DNA of 64,000 nt from the human T2T-CHM13v2.0 reference genome, Homo sapiens. Made by a program: the position numbers and the translations under genes. This document shows, in pieces, positions 13,846 to 28,900 of this stretch. The notes beneath the pieces were generated by a model, which had not been told where the DNA came from, did no database searches, and saw only the letters and a program-made list of their open reading frames with translations. Each line of letters begins with the position of its first letter. Position 1 is the first letter of the stretch. The DNA is taken from the NCBI RefSeq assembly GCF_009914755.1, contig NC_060933.1. One strand, 5' to 3'.

Positions 13846-15442
13846 ATTCAATTCCATTGCATTCCATTCCATTCCATTCCATTCCATTCCATTCCATTCC
13901 ATTCCGTTCTATTCCATTCCATTACATTCGGATTGATTCTATTCAACTCCCTTACTCTCCATTACATTCCATTCCATTCGGGTTGTTCCATTCCATTCCA
14001 TACCATTCCACTCCATTCCATTGCACTCGGGTTGATTCCATTCCATTCCATTCTATTCCATTCCATTGCATTCCATTCCATTCCGGATGATTCCATTCCA
14101 TTGCATTCCGTTCCATTACATTCCCCTGCACTCGCGTTGATTCCATTCCATTCCATTCAATTCCATTCCATTACAATTCGTTCCATTCCATTCTATTCCG
14201 TACCATTCCATTCCATTCCATACCATTCCATTCCATTCCATTCCATTCCATTCCGTTCCATTCCGTTCCATTCCATTCCATTCCATTCTATTCGGATTAA
14301 TTCCATTCCATTCCATTCCATTCCATTCTATTCCATTCCATTGCAATCGAGTTGAATCCATTGCATTTCATTCCATTCCATTCCATTCCATTCCATTCCG
14401 GAAGATTCCATTCCATTGCATTCCATTCCATTCCATTCCCCTGCACTCGCGTTGATTGCATTCCATTCCATTCCATTCCATTCCATTCCATTCCGTTCCG
14501 TTCCATTCCATTCCATTCCATTCCATTCCATTCCATTCCGTTCCGTTCCATTCCATTCCATTCCATTCTATTCGGGTTAATTCCATTCCATTCCATTCGA
14601 TTGCAATCGAGTTGATTCCATTCATTCTATTCCATTCCATTCCATTCCATTCCATTCCTTTCCATTCCATTACGCATGATTCCATTCCATTGCATTCCAT
14701 TCCATTCCATTCCCCTGTACTCGGTTTGATTCCATTCCAGTCCATGCCATTCCACTCGTGTTGATTCCATTCTTTCCATTCCATTCAAGTTGAATCCATT
14801 CCATTGCATTCCATTCCATTCCATTGCCCTGCATTCGGGTTGATTCCATTCCATTCCATTCCATTCCATTCCATTCCATTCCATTCCGTTCCGTTCCGTT
14901 CCATTCCATTCCATTCCATTCTATTCGGGTTAATTCCATTCCATTCCATTCCATTCCATTCCAATCGAGTTGATTCCATTCCATTCCATTCCATTCCATT
15001 CCACTCCATTCCAGTCCTTTCCATTCCATTCCACTCGTGTTGATTCCAATGTATTCCCTTCCATTCCATTCCATTACATTGTAATCGAGTTGATTACATT
15101 GCTTTGCATTCCATTCCATTCCATTCCATTCCGGATGATTCCATTCCATTGCATTCCATTCCATTCCATTCCCCTGCACTCGGGTTTATTCCATTCCATT
15201 CCACTCCATTCCGTTCCGTTCCATTCCATTCCATTGTATTCGGGTTAATTCCACTCCATTCCATTCCATTCCATTCCATTCCATTCCATTCAATTACAAT
15301 CGAGTTGATTCCATTCCATTCCATTCCATTCCAGTCCTTTCCATTCCATTCCACTCGGGTTGATTCCATTCTATTAGTTTCCATTCCATTCCATTCCCTT
15401 CCATTCCACTCTGGTTGATACCATTCCTTTCCATTCCACTCG
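13671..15442 (+). repeat. Representative complete ~1.77-kb cycle of linker words (module A unit)
   Basis: Interval between consecutive GAAT(A/G)CATTCCCT..TATTCCACTCGGAACG landmarks (13671 and 15443; 1772 bp). It runs once through the usual order CGTATC, GTACTC, GGATTGATTCTATTCAACTCCCTTAC, GGGTTGTTCC, CCGGATG, CGCGTTG, TACAATTCG, CGTACC, GAGTTGAATCC, CCGGAAG, ATGCC, CAAGTTGAA, CAATGTATT, TGCTTTGC, TATTAGTTT, CTCTGG. Confidence 0.7.
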
Positions 15443-18400
15443 AATACATTCCCTACTATTCCACTCGGAACGATTCCATTCCATTCCATTGCATTCCATT
15501 CCATTATATTCCATACCATTTCGTTCCATTCCATTCTATTCCGTATCATTCCATTCCATTCCATTCCATTCCATTCCATTCCATTCCAATCCATTCCATT
15601 CCATTCCTTTCCGTTCCATTCCTTTCCATTCCATTCCATTCCAATACATTCCATTCCGTTCCGTTCCGTTCCATTCCATTCCATTCCATTCTATTCGGGT
15701 TAATTCCATTCCATTCCATTCGATTGCAATCGAGTTGATTCCATTCCATTCCATTCCATTCCATTCCATTCCATTCCATTCGTTTCCATTCCATTACGGA
15801 TGATTAAATTCCATTGCATTCCATTCCATTCCATTCCCCTGTACTCGGGTTGATTCCATTCCATTCCATTCCAATCCATGCCATTCCACTCGTGTTGATT
15901 CCATTCTTTCCATTCCATTCAAGTTGAATCCATTCCATTGCATTCCATTCCATTCCATTCCCCTGCAGTCGGGTTGTTTCCATTCCATTCCATTCCATTC
16001 CATTCCATTCCGTTCCATTCCGTTCCGTTCCATTCCATTCCATTCCATTCTATTCGGATTAATTCCATTCAATTCCATTCCATTCCATTCCATTCCATTC
16101 CAATCGAGTTGATTCCATTCCATTCCATTCCATTCCATTCCACTCCATTCCAGTCCTTTCCATTCCATTCCACTCGGGTTGATTCCAATGTATTCCTTTC
16201 CATTCCATTCCATTCCATTGCAATCGAGTTGATTCCATTGCTTTGCATTCCATTCCATTCCATTCCATTCCGGATGATTCCATTCCATTGCATTCCATTC
16301 CATTCCATTCCCCTGCACTCGGGTTGATTCCATTCCATTCCACTCCATTCCGTTCCATTCCATTCCATTGCATTGTATTCGGGTTAATTCCATTCCATTC
16401 CATTCCATTCCATTCCATTCCATTCCATTACAGTCGAGTTGATTCCATTCCATTCCATTCCATTCCAGTCCTTTCCATTCCATTCCTCTCGGGTTGATTC
16501 CATTCTATTAGTTTCCATTCCATTCCATTCCCTTCCATTCCACTCAGGTTTTTTCCATTCCTTTCCATTCCACTCGAATACATTCCTTCCTATTCCACTC
16601 AGAACGATTCCATTCCATTCTATTCCATTCCATTCCATTTCATTCCATTCCATTCTATTCCGTATCATTCCATTCCATTCCATTCCATTCCATTCCATTC
16701 CATTCCATTCCATTGTACTCGGGTTGATTCAATTCCATTGCATTCCATTCCATTCCATTCCATTCCGTTGCATTCCATTCCATTACATTCGGATTGATTC
16801 TATTCAACTCCCTTACTCTCCATTCCATTCCATTTCATTCGGGTTGTTCCATTCCATTCCATTCCATTCCACTCCATTCCATTGCACTCGGGTTGATTCC
16901 ATTCCATTCCATTCCATTCCATTCCATTCCATTCCATTCCATTCCGGATGATTCCATTCCATTGCATTCCGTTCCATTACATTCCCCTGCACTCGCGTTG
17001 ATCCCATTCCATTCCATTCCATTCCATTCAATTCCATTCCATTACAATTCGTTCCATTCCATTCTATTCCGTACCATTCCATTCCATTCCATACCATTCC
17101 ATTCCATTCCATTCCGTTCCATTCCGTTCCATTCCGTTCCATTCCATTCCATTCTATTCGAATTAATTCCATTCAATTCCATTCCATTCCATTCTATTCC
17201 ATTCCATTGCAATCGAGTTGAATCCATTGCATTTCATTCCATTCCATTCCATTCCATTCCATTCCGGAAGATTCCATTCCATTGCATTCCATTCCATTCC
17301 ATTCCCCTGCACTCGCGTTGATTCCATTCCATTCCATTCCATTCCATTCCATTCCGTTCCGTTCCATTCCATTCCATTCCATTCCATTCCATTCCATTCC
17401 GTTCCGTTCCATTCCATTCCATTCCATTCTATTCGGGTTAATTCCATTCCATTCCATTCGATTGCAATCGAGTTGATTCCATTCCATTCCATTCCATTCC
17501 ATTCCATTCCATTCCATTCCTTTCCATTCCATTCCGGATGATTCCATTCCATTGCATTCCATACCATTCCATTCCCCTATACTCGTGTTGATTCCATTCC
17601 ATTCCATTCCAATCCATGCCATTCCACTCGTGTTGATTCCATTCTTTCCATTCCATTCAAGTTGAATCCATTCGATTGCATTCCATTCCATTCGATTCCA
17701 TTCCATTGCACTCGGGTTGATTCCATTCCATTCCATTCCATTGCATTCCATTCCATTCCATTCCGGATGATTCCATTCCATTCCATTCCATTCCATTCCA
17801 TTCCCCTGCAGTCGGGTTGATTCCATTCCATTGCATTCCATACCATTCCATTCCATTCCATTCCCCTGCACTCGGGTTGATTCCATTCCATTCCACTTCA
17901 TTCTGTTCCATTCCATTCCATTCCATTGTATTCGGGTTAATTCCATTCCATTCCATTCCATTCCATTCCATTACTCGAGTTGATTCCATTCCATTCCATT
18001 CCATTCCATTCCATTCCATTCCAGTCCTTTCCATTCCATTCCACTCGGGTTGATTCCATTCTATTAGTTTCCATTCCATTCCATTCCCTTCCATTCCACT
18101 CTGGTTGATTCCATTCTTTTCCATTCCACTCGAATACATTCCCTCCTATTCCACTCGGAACGATTCCATTCCATTCCATTCCATTCCATTCCATTCCATT
18201 CCAGTTCGTTCCATTCCATTCTATTCCGTACCATTCCATTCCATTCCATTCCTTTCCATTCCATTCCTTTCCACTCGTGTTGTTTCCATTCCTTTCCATT
18301 CCATTCGGTTTGAAGGCATTCCATTCCATTCAATTCCATTCCATTCCATTCAATTCCATTCCATTCTATTCCATTCCATTGCAATCGAGTTGAATCCATT

Positions 18401-18780
18401 CCCTTTCATTCCATTCCATTCCATTCCATTCCATTCCGGAAGATTCCATTCCATTACATTCCATTCCATTCCATTCCCCTGCACTCGCGTTGATTCCATT
18501 CCATTCCATTCCATTCCATTCCGTTCCGTTCCATTCCATTCCATTCCATTCCATTCCATTCCATTCCATTCCATTCCATTCCGTTCCGTTCCATTGCATT
18601 CCATTCCATTCTATTCGGGTTAATTCCATTCCATTCCATTCGATTGCCATCGAGTTGATTCCATTCAATTCCATTCCATTCTATTCGGGTTAATTTCATT
18701 CCATTCCATTCGATTGCCATCGAGTTGATCCCATTCCATTCCATTCCATTCCATTCCATTCCATTCCTTTCCATTCCGTT

Positions 18781-19500
18781 ACGGATGACTCCATTCCATT
18801 GCTTTCCATTCCTTTCCATTCCCCTGTACTCGGGTTGATTCCATTCCATTCCATTCCACTCCATTCGGTTCCGTTGCATTCCATTCTATTGCATTCCATT
18901 CTATTCGGGTTAATTCCATTCCATTCTATTCCATTCCATTCCATTCCATTCCATTGCAATGGAGTTTATTCCATTCCATTCCATTCCATTCCGGATGATT
19001 CCCTTCCATTGCATTCCATTCCATTCCATTCCCCTACACTCGTGTTGATTCCATTCCCTTCCATTCCATTCCATTCCGTTCCATTCCATTCCATTCCATT
19101 CTATTCCGGTTAATTCCATTCCATTCCATTCCATGCCATTCCATTCCATTCCATTGCAATCGAGTTGATTCCATTCCATTCCTTTCCATTCCATTCCATT
19201 GCCTTGCATTCCACTCGGGTTGATTCCATTCCCTTCTTTCCACTCCATTACATTCCCTTCCATTCCTCTCGGAATGATTGATTCCATTCCATTCCATTCC
19301 ATTTCATTCCATTGCAATCCATTCCAATCCATTCCATTCCATTCCATTCCACTCGAGTTGACTTCATTCCATTCCTTTCCATTCCATTCCATTCCTTTCC
19401 ACTCGAGTTGATTCCACTCCATTCCAATCCATTGCAATCCATTCCATGCCATTCCACTCGGGTTGATTCCATTCCTTTGCATTCCATTCCATTCCATTCC
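18781..19500 (+). repeat. Module B (~0.7 kb variant HSat3 block), first of 9 copies
   Basis: Distinct words: ACGGATGACTCC, CGGTTCCGTTGC, CAATGGAGTT, TATTCCGGTTAA, GCCTTGC, CCCTTCTTTCCACTCC, CTCGGAATGATTGATT, CTCGAGTTGACTTC. Other copies start near 21041, 25215, 31560, 43182 (internally deleted), 45648, 48772, 55757 and 58214. Confidence 0.85.
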
Positions 19501-22500
19501 ATTGCATTCCATTCCATTCCATTCCGTTGCATTCCATTCCATTACATTCGGATTGATTCTATTCAACTCCCTTACTGTCCATTACATTCCATTCCATTCG
19601 GGTTGTTCCATTCGATTCCACTCCATTCCATTCCACTCCATTCCATTGCACTCGGGTTGATTCCATTCCATTCCATTCAATTCCATTCCATTCCGGATGA
19701 TTCCATTCCATTGCATTCCGTTCCATTACATTCCCCTGCACTCGGGTTGATACCATTCCATTCCTTTCCATTCCATTCCATTCCATTCGATTCCATTCCG
19801 GATGATTCCATTCCATTGCATTCCATTGCATTCCATTCCCCTGCACTCGGGTTGATTACATTCCATTTCCTTCCCTTCCATTCCTTTCCATTCCATTCCA
19901 TTCCATTCTATTCGGGTGAATTCCATTCCATTCCATTCCATTCCATTCCATTCCATTCCATTCCATTCCATTGCAATCGAGTTGATTCCATTCCATTCCA
20001 TTCCATTCCGTTCCGGATGATTCCATTCCATTCCATTCCATTCCATTCCATTCCCCTGCAGTCGGGTTGATTCCATTCCATTCCATTCTATTCCATTCTA
20101 TTCCATTCCATTCCGTTCCATTCCATTCCATTCCATTCTATTCGGGTTAATTCCATTCCATTCCATTCCATTCCATTCCATTCCATTCCATTCCAATCGA
20201 GTTGATTCCATTCCATTCCATTCCATTCCATTCCACTCCATTCCAGTCGTTTCCATTCCATTACACTCGGGTTGATTCCATTCTATTCCTTTCCATTCCA
20301 TTCCATTCCGTTGCAATCGAGTTGATTCCATTGCTTTGCATTCCATTCCATTCCATTCCATTCCGGATGATTCCATTCCATTGCATTCCATTCCATTCCA
20401 TTCCCCTGCACTCGGGTTGATTCCATTCCATTCCACTCCATTCCATTCCATTCCATTCCATTCCATTTTATTCGTGTTAATTCCATTCCATTCCATTCCA
20501 TTCCATTCCATTCCATTCCATTCCATTCCATTACAATCGAGTTGATTCCATTCCATTCCATTCCATTCCATTCCATTCCATTCCAGTCCTTTCCATTCCA
20601 TTCCACTCGGGTTGATTCCATTCTATTAGTTTCCATTCCATTCCATTCCCTTCCATTCCACTCTGGTTGATTCCATTCCTTTCCATTCCACTCGAATACA
20701 TTCCCTCCTATTCCACTCGGAACGATTCCATTTCATTCCATTCCATTCCATTCCATTCCATTCCAGTTCGTTCCATTCTTTCTATTCCGTACCATTCCAT
20801 TCCATTCCATTCCTTTCCATTCCATTCTTTTCCACTCGTGTTGATTCCATTCCTTTCCGTTCCATTCGGTTTGAAGGCATTCCATTCCATTCAATTCCAT
20901 TCCATTCCATTCCATTCCGTTCCGTTCCATTCCATTCCATTCCGTTCTATTCGGGTTAATTCCATTCCATTCAATTCGATTGCCATCGAGTTGATTCCAT
21001 TCCATTCCATTCCATTCCATTCCATTCCTTTCCATTCCATTACGGATGACTCCATTCCATTGCATTCCATTCCATTCCATTCCCCTGTACTCGGGTTGAT
21101 TCCATTCCATTCCATTCCACTCCATTCGGTTCCGTTGCATTCCATTCTATTGCATTCCATTCTATTCGGGTTAATTCCATTCCATTCAATTCCATTCCAT
21201 TCCATTCCATTCCATTGCAATGGAGTTGATTCCATTCCATTCCATTCCATTCCGGATGATTGCATTCCATTGCATTCCATTCCATTCCATTCCCCTGCAC
21301 TCGTGTTGATTGCATTCCATTCCATTCCATTCCATTCCGTTCCATTCCATTCCATTCCATTCTATTCCGGTTAATTCCATTCCATTCCATTCCATTCCAT
21401 TCCATTCCATTGCAATCGAGTTGTTTCCATTCCATTCCTTTCCATTCCATTCCTTTGCCTTGCATTCCACTCGGGTTGATTCCGTTCCCTTCTTTCCACT
21501 CCATTACATTCCCTTCCATTCCACTCGGAATGATTGATTCCATTCCATTCCATTCCATTTCATTCCATTGCTATCCATTCCAATCCATTCCATTCCATTC
21601 CATTCCACTCGAGTTGACTTCATTCCATTCCTTTCCATTCCATTCCATTCCTTTCCACTCGAGTTGATTCCATTCCATTCCAATCCATTGCATTCCATTC
21701 CATGCGATTCCACTCGGGTTGATTCCTTTCCTTTGCATTCCATTCCATTCCATTCCATTGCATTCCATTCCATTCCATTCCGTTGCATTCCATTCCATTA
21801 CATTCGGATTGATTCTATTCAACTCCCTTACTCTCCATTACATTCCATTCCATTCGGGTTGTTCCATTCCATTCCATTCCATTCCACTCCATTCCATTGC
21901 GCTCGGGTTGATTCCATTCCATTCCATTCCATTCCATTCCATTCCATTCCGGATGATTCCATTCCATTGCATTCCGTTCCATTACATTCCCCTGCACTCG
22001 CGTTGATTCCATTCCATTGCATTCCATTCCATTCAATTCCATTCCATTACAATTCGTTCCATTCCATTCTATTCCGTACCATTCCATTCCATTCCATACC
22101 ATTCCGTTCCATTCCGTTCCATTCCATTCCGTTCCATTCCGTTCCATTCCATTCCATTCTATTCGGGTTAATTTCATTCCATTCCATTCCATCCCATTCT
22201 ATTACATTCCATTGCAATCGAGTTGAATCCATTGCATTTCATTCCATTCCATTACATTCCATTCCATTCCGGAAGATTCCATTCCATTGCATTCCATTCC
22301 ATTCCATTCCCCTGCACTCGCGTTGATTCCATTCCATTCCATTCCATTCCATTCCGTTCCATTCCATTCCGTTCCGTTCCATTCCATTCCATTCCATTCC
22401 ATTCCATTCCGTTCCGTTCCATTCCATTCCATTCCATTCTATTCGGGTTAATTCCATTCCATTCCATTCGATTGCAATCGTGTTGATTCCATTCCATTCC

Positions 22501-25500
22501 ATTCCATTCCATTCCATTCCATTCCTTTCCATTCCATTACGGATGATTCCATTCCAATGCATTCCATTCCATTCCATTCCCCTGTACTCGGGTTGATTCC
22601 ATTCCATTCCATTCCAATCCATGCCATTCCACTCGTGTTGATTCCATTCTTTCCATTCCATTCAAGTTGAATCCATTCCATTGCATTCCATTCCATTCGA
22701 TTCCATTCAATTGCACTCGGGTTGATTCCATTCCATTGCATTCCATTCCGTTCCATTCCATTCCATTCCATTCCTTTCCGTTCCATTCCATTCCATTACA
22801 TTCGGATTGATTCTATTCAATTCCCTTACACTCCATTCCATTCCATTCCATTCGGGTAGTTTCCATTCCATTCCATTCCATTCCTCTCCATTCCATTGCA
22901 CTCGGGTTGATTCCATTCCATTGCATTCCATTCCATTCCATTCAATTCCATTCCGTTCCATTCCATTCCATTACATTCGGATTGATTCTATTCAACTCCC
23001 TTACTCTCCATTACATTCCATTCCGTTCGGGTTGTTCCATTCCATTCCATTCCATTCCACTCTATTCCATTGCACTCGGGTTTATTCCATTCCATTCCAT
23101 TCCATTCCATTCCGGAAGATTCCATTCCATTGCATTCCATTACATTCCATTCCCCTGCACTCGCGTTGATTCCATTCCATTCCATTCGATTCCATTCCAT
23201 TCCATTCCATTCCATTCCTTTCCGTTCCATTCCATTCCATTCCATTCCATTCCATTCCATTCCGTTCCGTTCCATTCCATTCCATTCCATTCCATTCTAT
23301 TCGGGTTAATTCCATTCCATTCCATTCGATTGCAATCGAGATGATTCCATTCCATTCCATTCCATTCCATTCCATTCCATTCCATTCCATTGCACACGGG
23401 TTCATTCCATTCCATTCCATTCCATCCCATTCCATTCCGTTCCATTCCATGCCATTACACTCGGGTTGATTCCATTCCTTTCCATTCCATTCTTGTTGAA
23501 TCCATTCCATTCCATTCCATTCCATTCGAATCCATTCCATTGCACTCGGGTTGATTCCATTCCATTCCATTCCATTCCATTCCATTTCACTCCATTCCAT
23601 TCCATTACATTAGGATTGATTCTATTCAATTCCCTTACACTCCATTACATTCCATTCCATTCGGGATGTTTCCATTCCATTCCATTCCATTCCACTCCAT
23701 TCCATTGCATCAGGTTGATTGCATTCCATTCCATTCCATTCCATTCCGGATGATTCCATTCCATTGCATTCCATTCCATTCCATTCCCCTGCACTCGGGT
23801 TGATTCCATTCCATTCCATTCCATTCCATTCCATTCCATTCCGTTCCATTCCATTCCATTCCATTCTATTCCGGTTAATTCCATTCCATTCCTTTCGATT
23901 CCATTCCATTCCATTCCATTCCATTGCAGTCGAGTTGATTCCATTCCATTCCATTCCATTCCGTTCCGGATGATTCCATTTCATTCCATTCCATTCCATT
24001 CCATTCCATTCCCCTGCAGTCGGGTTGATTCCATTCCATTCCATTCCATTCCATTCCATTCCGTTCCATTCCATTCCATTCCATTCTATTCGGGTTAATT
24101 CCATTCCATTCCATTCCATTCCATTCCATTCCATTCCATTCCATTCCATTAAAATCGAGTTGATTCCATTCCATTCCATTCCATTCCATTCCACTCCATT
24201 CCAGTCCTTTCCATTCCATTACACTCGGGTTGATTCCATTCTATTCCTTTCCATTCCATTCCATTCCATTGCAATCGAGTTGATTCCATTGCTTTTCATT
24301 CCATTCCATTCCATTCCATTCCGGATGATTCCATTCCATTGCATTCCATTCCATTCCATTCCCCTGCACTCGGGTTGATTCCATTCCATTCCACTCCATT
24401 CCGTTCCATTCCATTCCATTCCATTATATTCGGGTTAATTCCATTCCATTCCACTCCATTCCATTCCATTCCATTCCATTCCAATCGAGTTGATTCCATT
24501 CCATTCCATTCCATTCCATTCCATTCCATTCCAGTCCTTTCCATTCCATTCCACTCGTGTTGATTCCATTCTATTAGTTTCCATTCCATTCCATTCCCTT
24601 CCATTCCACTCTGGTTGATTCCATTCCTTTCCATTCCACTCGAATACATTCCCTCCTATTCCACTCGGAACTATTCCATTCCATTCCATTCCATTCCATT
24701 CCATTCCATTCCATTCCATTCCAGTTCGTTCCATTCCATTCTATTCCATACCATGCCATTCCATTCCATTCCTTTCCATTCCATTCCTTTCCACTCGTGT
24801 TGATTCCATTCCTTTCCATTCCATTCGGTTTGAAGGCATTCCATTCCATTCAATTCCATTCCATTCCATTCAATTCCATTCCATTCTATTCCATTCCATT
24901 GCAATCGAGTTGAATCCATTGCCTTTCATTCCATTCCATTCCATTCCATTCCATTCCATTCCGGAAGATTCCATTCCATTACATTCCATTCCATTCCATT
25001 CCCCTGCACTCGCGTTGATTCCATTCCTTTCCATTGCATTCCATTCCGTTCCGTTCCATTCCATTCCATTCCATTCCATTCCATTCCATTCCGTTCCGTT
25101 CCATTCCATTCCATTCCATTCTATTCGGGTTAATTCCATTCCATTCCATTCGATTGCAATCGAGTTGATTCCATTCCATTCCATTCCATTCCATTCCATT
25201 CCTTTCCATTCCATTACGGATGACTCCATTCCATTGCTTTCCATTCCATTCCATTCCCCTGTACTCGGGTTGATTCCATTCCATTCCATTCCACTCCATT
25301 CGGTTCCGTTGCATTACATTCTATTGCATTCCATTCTATTCGGGTTAATTCCATTCCATTCTATTCCATTCCATTCCATTCCATTCCATTGCAATGGAGT
25401 TTATTCCATTCCATTAAATTCCATTCCGGATGATTCCATTCCATTGCATTCCATTCCATTCCATTCCCCTGCACTCGTGTTGATTCCATTCCCTTCCATT

Positions 25501-25969
25501 CCATTCCATTCCGTTCCATTCCATTCCATTCCATTCTATTCCGGTTAATTCCATTCCATTCCATTCCATTCCATTCCATTCCATTCCATTCCATTCCATT
25601 GCAATCGAGTTGATTCCATTCCATTCCTTTCCATTCCATTCCATTGCCTTGCATTCCACTCGGGTTGATTCCATTCCCTTCTTTCCACTCCATTACATTC
25701 CCTTCCATTCCACTCGGAATGATTGATTCCATTCCATTCCATTCCATTTGATTCCATTGCAATCCATTCCAATCCATTCCATTCCATTCCATTCCACTCG
25801 AGTTGACTTCATTCCATTCCTTTCAATTCCATTCCATTCCTTTCCACTCGAGTGGATTCCATTCCATTCCAATCCATTGCAATCCATTCCATGCCATTCC
25901 ACTCGGGTTGATTCCATTCCTTTGCATTCCATTCCATTCCATTCCATTCCATTCCATTCCATTCCATTC

Positions 25970-28900
25970 CGGATGATTCCATTCCATTGCATTCCATTCC
26001 ATTCCATTCCCATGCACTCGGGTTGATTCCATTCCATTCCATTCCATTCCATTCCATTCCATTCCATTCCGTTCCATTCCATTCCATTCCATTCTATTCT
26101 GGTTAATTCCATTCCATTCCTTTCGATTCCATTCCATTCCATTCCATTCCATTGCAATCGAGTTGATTCCATTCCATTCCATTCCATTCCGTTCCGGATG
26201 ATTCCATTCCATTCCATTCCATTCCATTCCATTCCCCTGCAGTTGGGTTGATTCCATTCCATTCCATTCCATTCCATTCCATTCCATTCCATTCCATTCC
26301 ATTCCATTCCATTCCGTTCCATTCCATTCCATTCCCTTCTATTCGGGTTAATTCCATTTCATTCCATTCCATTCCATTCCATTCCATTCTATCGAGTTGA
26401 TTCCATTCAATGCCATTCCATTCCATTCCACTCCATTCCAGTCCTTTCCATTCCATTACACTCGGGTTGATTCCATTCTATTCCTTTCCATTCCATTCCA
26501 TTCCATTGCAATCGAGTTGATTCCATTGCTTTGCATTCCATTCCATTCCATTCCATTCCGGATGATTCCATTCCATTGCATTCCTTTCCATTCCATTCCC
26601 TTGCACTCGGGTTGATTCCATTCCATTCCACTCCATTCCTTTCCATTCCATTCCATTCCATTCCATTGTATTCGGGTTAATTCCATTCCATTCCATTCCA
26701 TTCCATTCCATTCCATTCCATTCCAATCGAGTTGATTCCATTCCATTCCATTCCATTCCATTCCATTCCATTCCATTCCAGTCCTTTCCATTCCATTCCA
26801 CCCGTGTTGATTCCATTCTATTCATTTCCATTCCATTCCATTCCATTGCAATCGTGTTGATTCCATTGTTTTGCATTCCATTCCATTCCATTCCGGATGA
26901 TTCCATTCCATTGCATTCCGTTAAATTACATTCCCTTGCACTCGGGTTGATACCATTCCATTCCATTCCATTCCATTACATTGCGGATGATTCCATTCCA
27001 TTGCATTCCATTCCATTCCATTCCCCTGCACTCGGGTTGATTACATTCCATTTCCTTCCCTTCCATTCCTTTCCATTCCATTCCATTCCATTCTATTCGG
27101 GTGAATTCCATTCCATTCCATTCCATTCCATTCCATTCCATTCCATTCCGTTCCGTTCCATTCCATTCCATTCCATTCTATTCGGGTTAATTCCTTTCCA
27201 TTCCATTCGATTGCAATCGTGTTGATTCCATTCCATTCCATTCCGTTCCATTCCATTCCATTCCTTTCCATTCCATTACGGATGATTCCATTCCATCGCA
27301 TTCCATTCCATTCCATTCCCCTGTACTCGGGTTGATTCCATTCCATTGCATTCCAATCCATGCCCTTCCACTCGTGTTGATTCCATTCTTTCCATTCCAT
27401 TCAAGTTGATTCCATTCCATTGCATTCCATTCCATTCGATTCCATTCGATTGCACTCGGGTTGATTCCATTCCATTGCATTCCATTCCATTCCATTCCAT
27501 TCCATTCCATTCCATTCCAATCCATTCCGTTCCATTCCATTCCATTACATTCGGATTGATTCTATTCAATTCCCTTACACTCCATTACATTCCATTCCAT
27601 TCAGGTAGTTTCCATTCCATTCCATTCCATTCCTCTCCATTCCATTGCACTCGGGTTGATTCCATTCCATTGCATTCCATTCCATTCCATTCAATTCCAT
27701 TCCGTTCCATTCCATTCCATTACATTCGGATTGATTCTATTCAACTCCCTTACTCTCCATTACATTCCATTCCGTTCGGGTTGTTCCATTCCATTCCATT
27801 CCATTCGACTCCATTCCATTGCACTCGGGTTGATTCCATTCCATTCCATTCCATTCCATTCCATTCCGGATGATTCCATTCCACTGCATTCCGTTCCATT
27901 ACATTCCCCTGCACTCGGGTTGATACCATTCCATTCCATTCCATTCCATTCCATTACATTCCATTCCGGATGATTCCATTCCATTGCATTCCATTCCATT
28001 CCATTCCCCTGCACTCGGGTTGATTCCATTCCATTCCATTCCATTCCATTCCATTCCATTCCATTCCGTTCCATTCCATTCCATTCCATTCTATTCTGGT
28101 TAATTCCATTCCATTCCTTTCGATTCCATTCCATTCCATTCCATTCCATTGCAATCGAGTTGATTCCATTCCATTCCATTCCATTCCGTTCCGGATGATT
28201 CCATTCCATTCCATTCCATTCCATTCCATTCCCCTGCAGTTGGGTTGATTCCATTCCATTCCATTCCATTCCTTTCCATTCCATTCCATTCCATTCCGTT
28301 CCATTCCATTCCATTCCCTTCTATTCGGATTAATTCCATTTCATTCCATTCCATTCCATTCCATTCCATTCCATTCCATTCCAATCGAGTTGATTCCATT
28401 CCATTCCATTCCATTCCATTCCACTCCATTCCAGTCCTTTCCATTCCATTACACTCGGGTTGATTCCATTCTATTCCTTTCCATTCCATTCCATTCCATT
28501 GCAATCGAGTTGATTCCATTGCTTTGCATTCCATTCCATTCCATTCCATTCCGGATGATTCCATTCCATTGCATTCCTTTCCATTCCATTCCCTTGCACT
28601 CGGGTTGATTCCATTCCATTCCATTCCACTCCATTCCGTTCCATTCCATTCCATTCCATTCCATTGTATTCGGGTTAATTCCATTCCATTCCATTCCATT
28701 CCATTCCATTCCAATCGAGTTGATTGCATTCCATTCCATTCCATTCCATTCCATTCCATTCCATTCCAGTCCTTTCCATTCCATTCCACTCGTGTTGATT
28801 CCATTCTATTCATTTCCATTCCATTCCATTCCATTGCAATCGTGTTGATTCCATTGTTTTGCATTCCATTCCATTCCATTCCATTCCATTCCGGATGATT

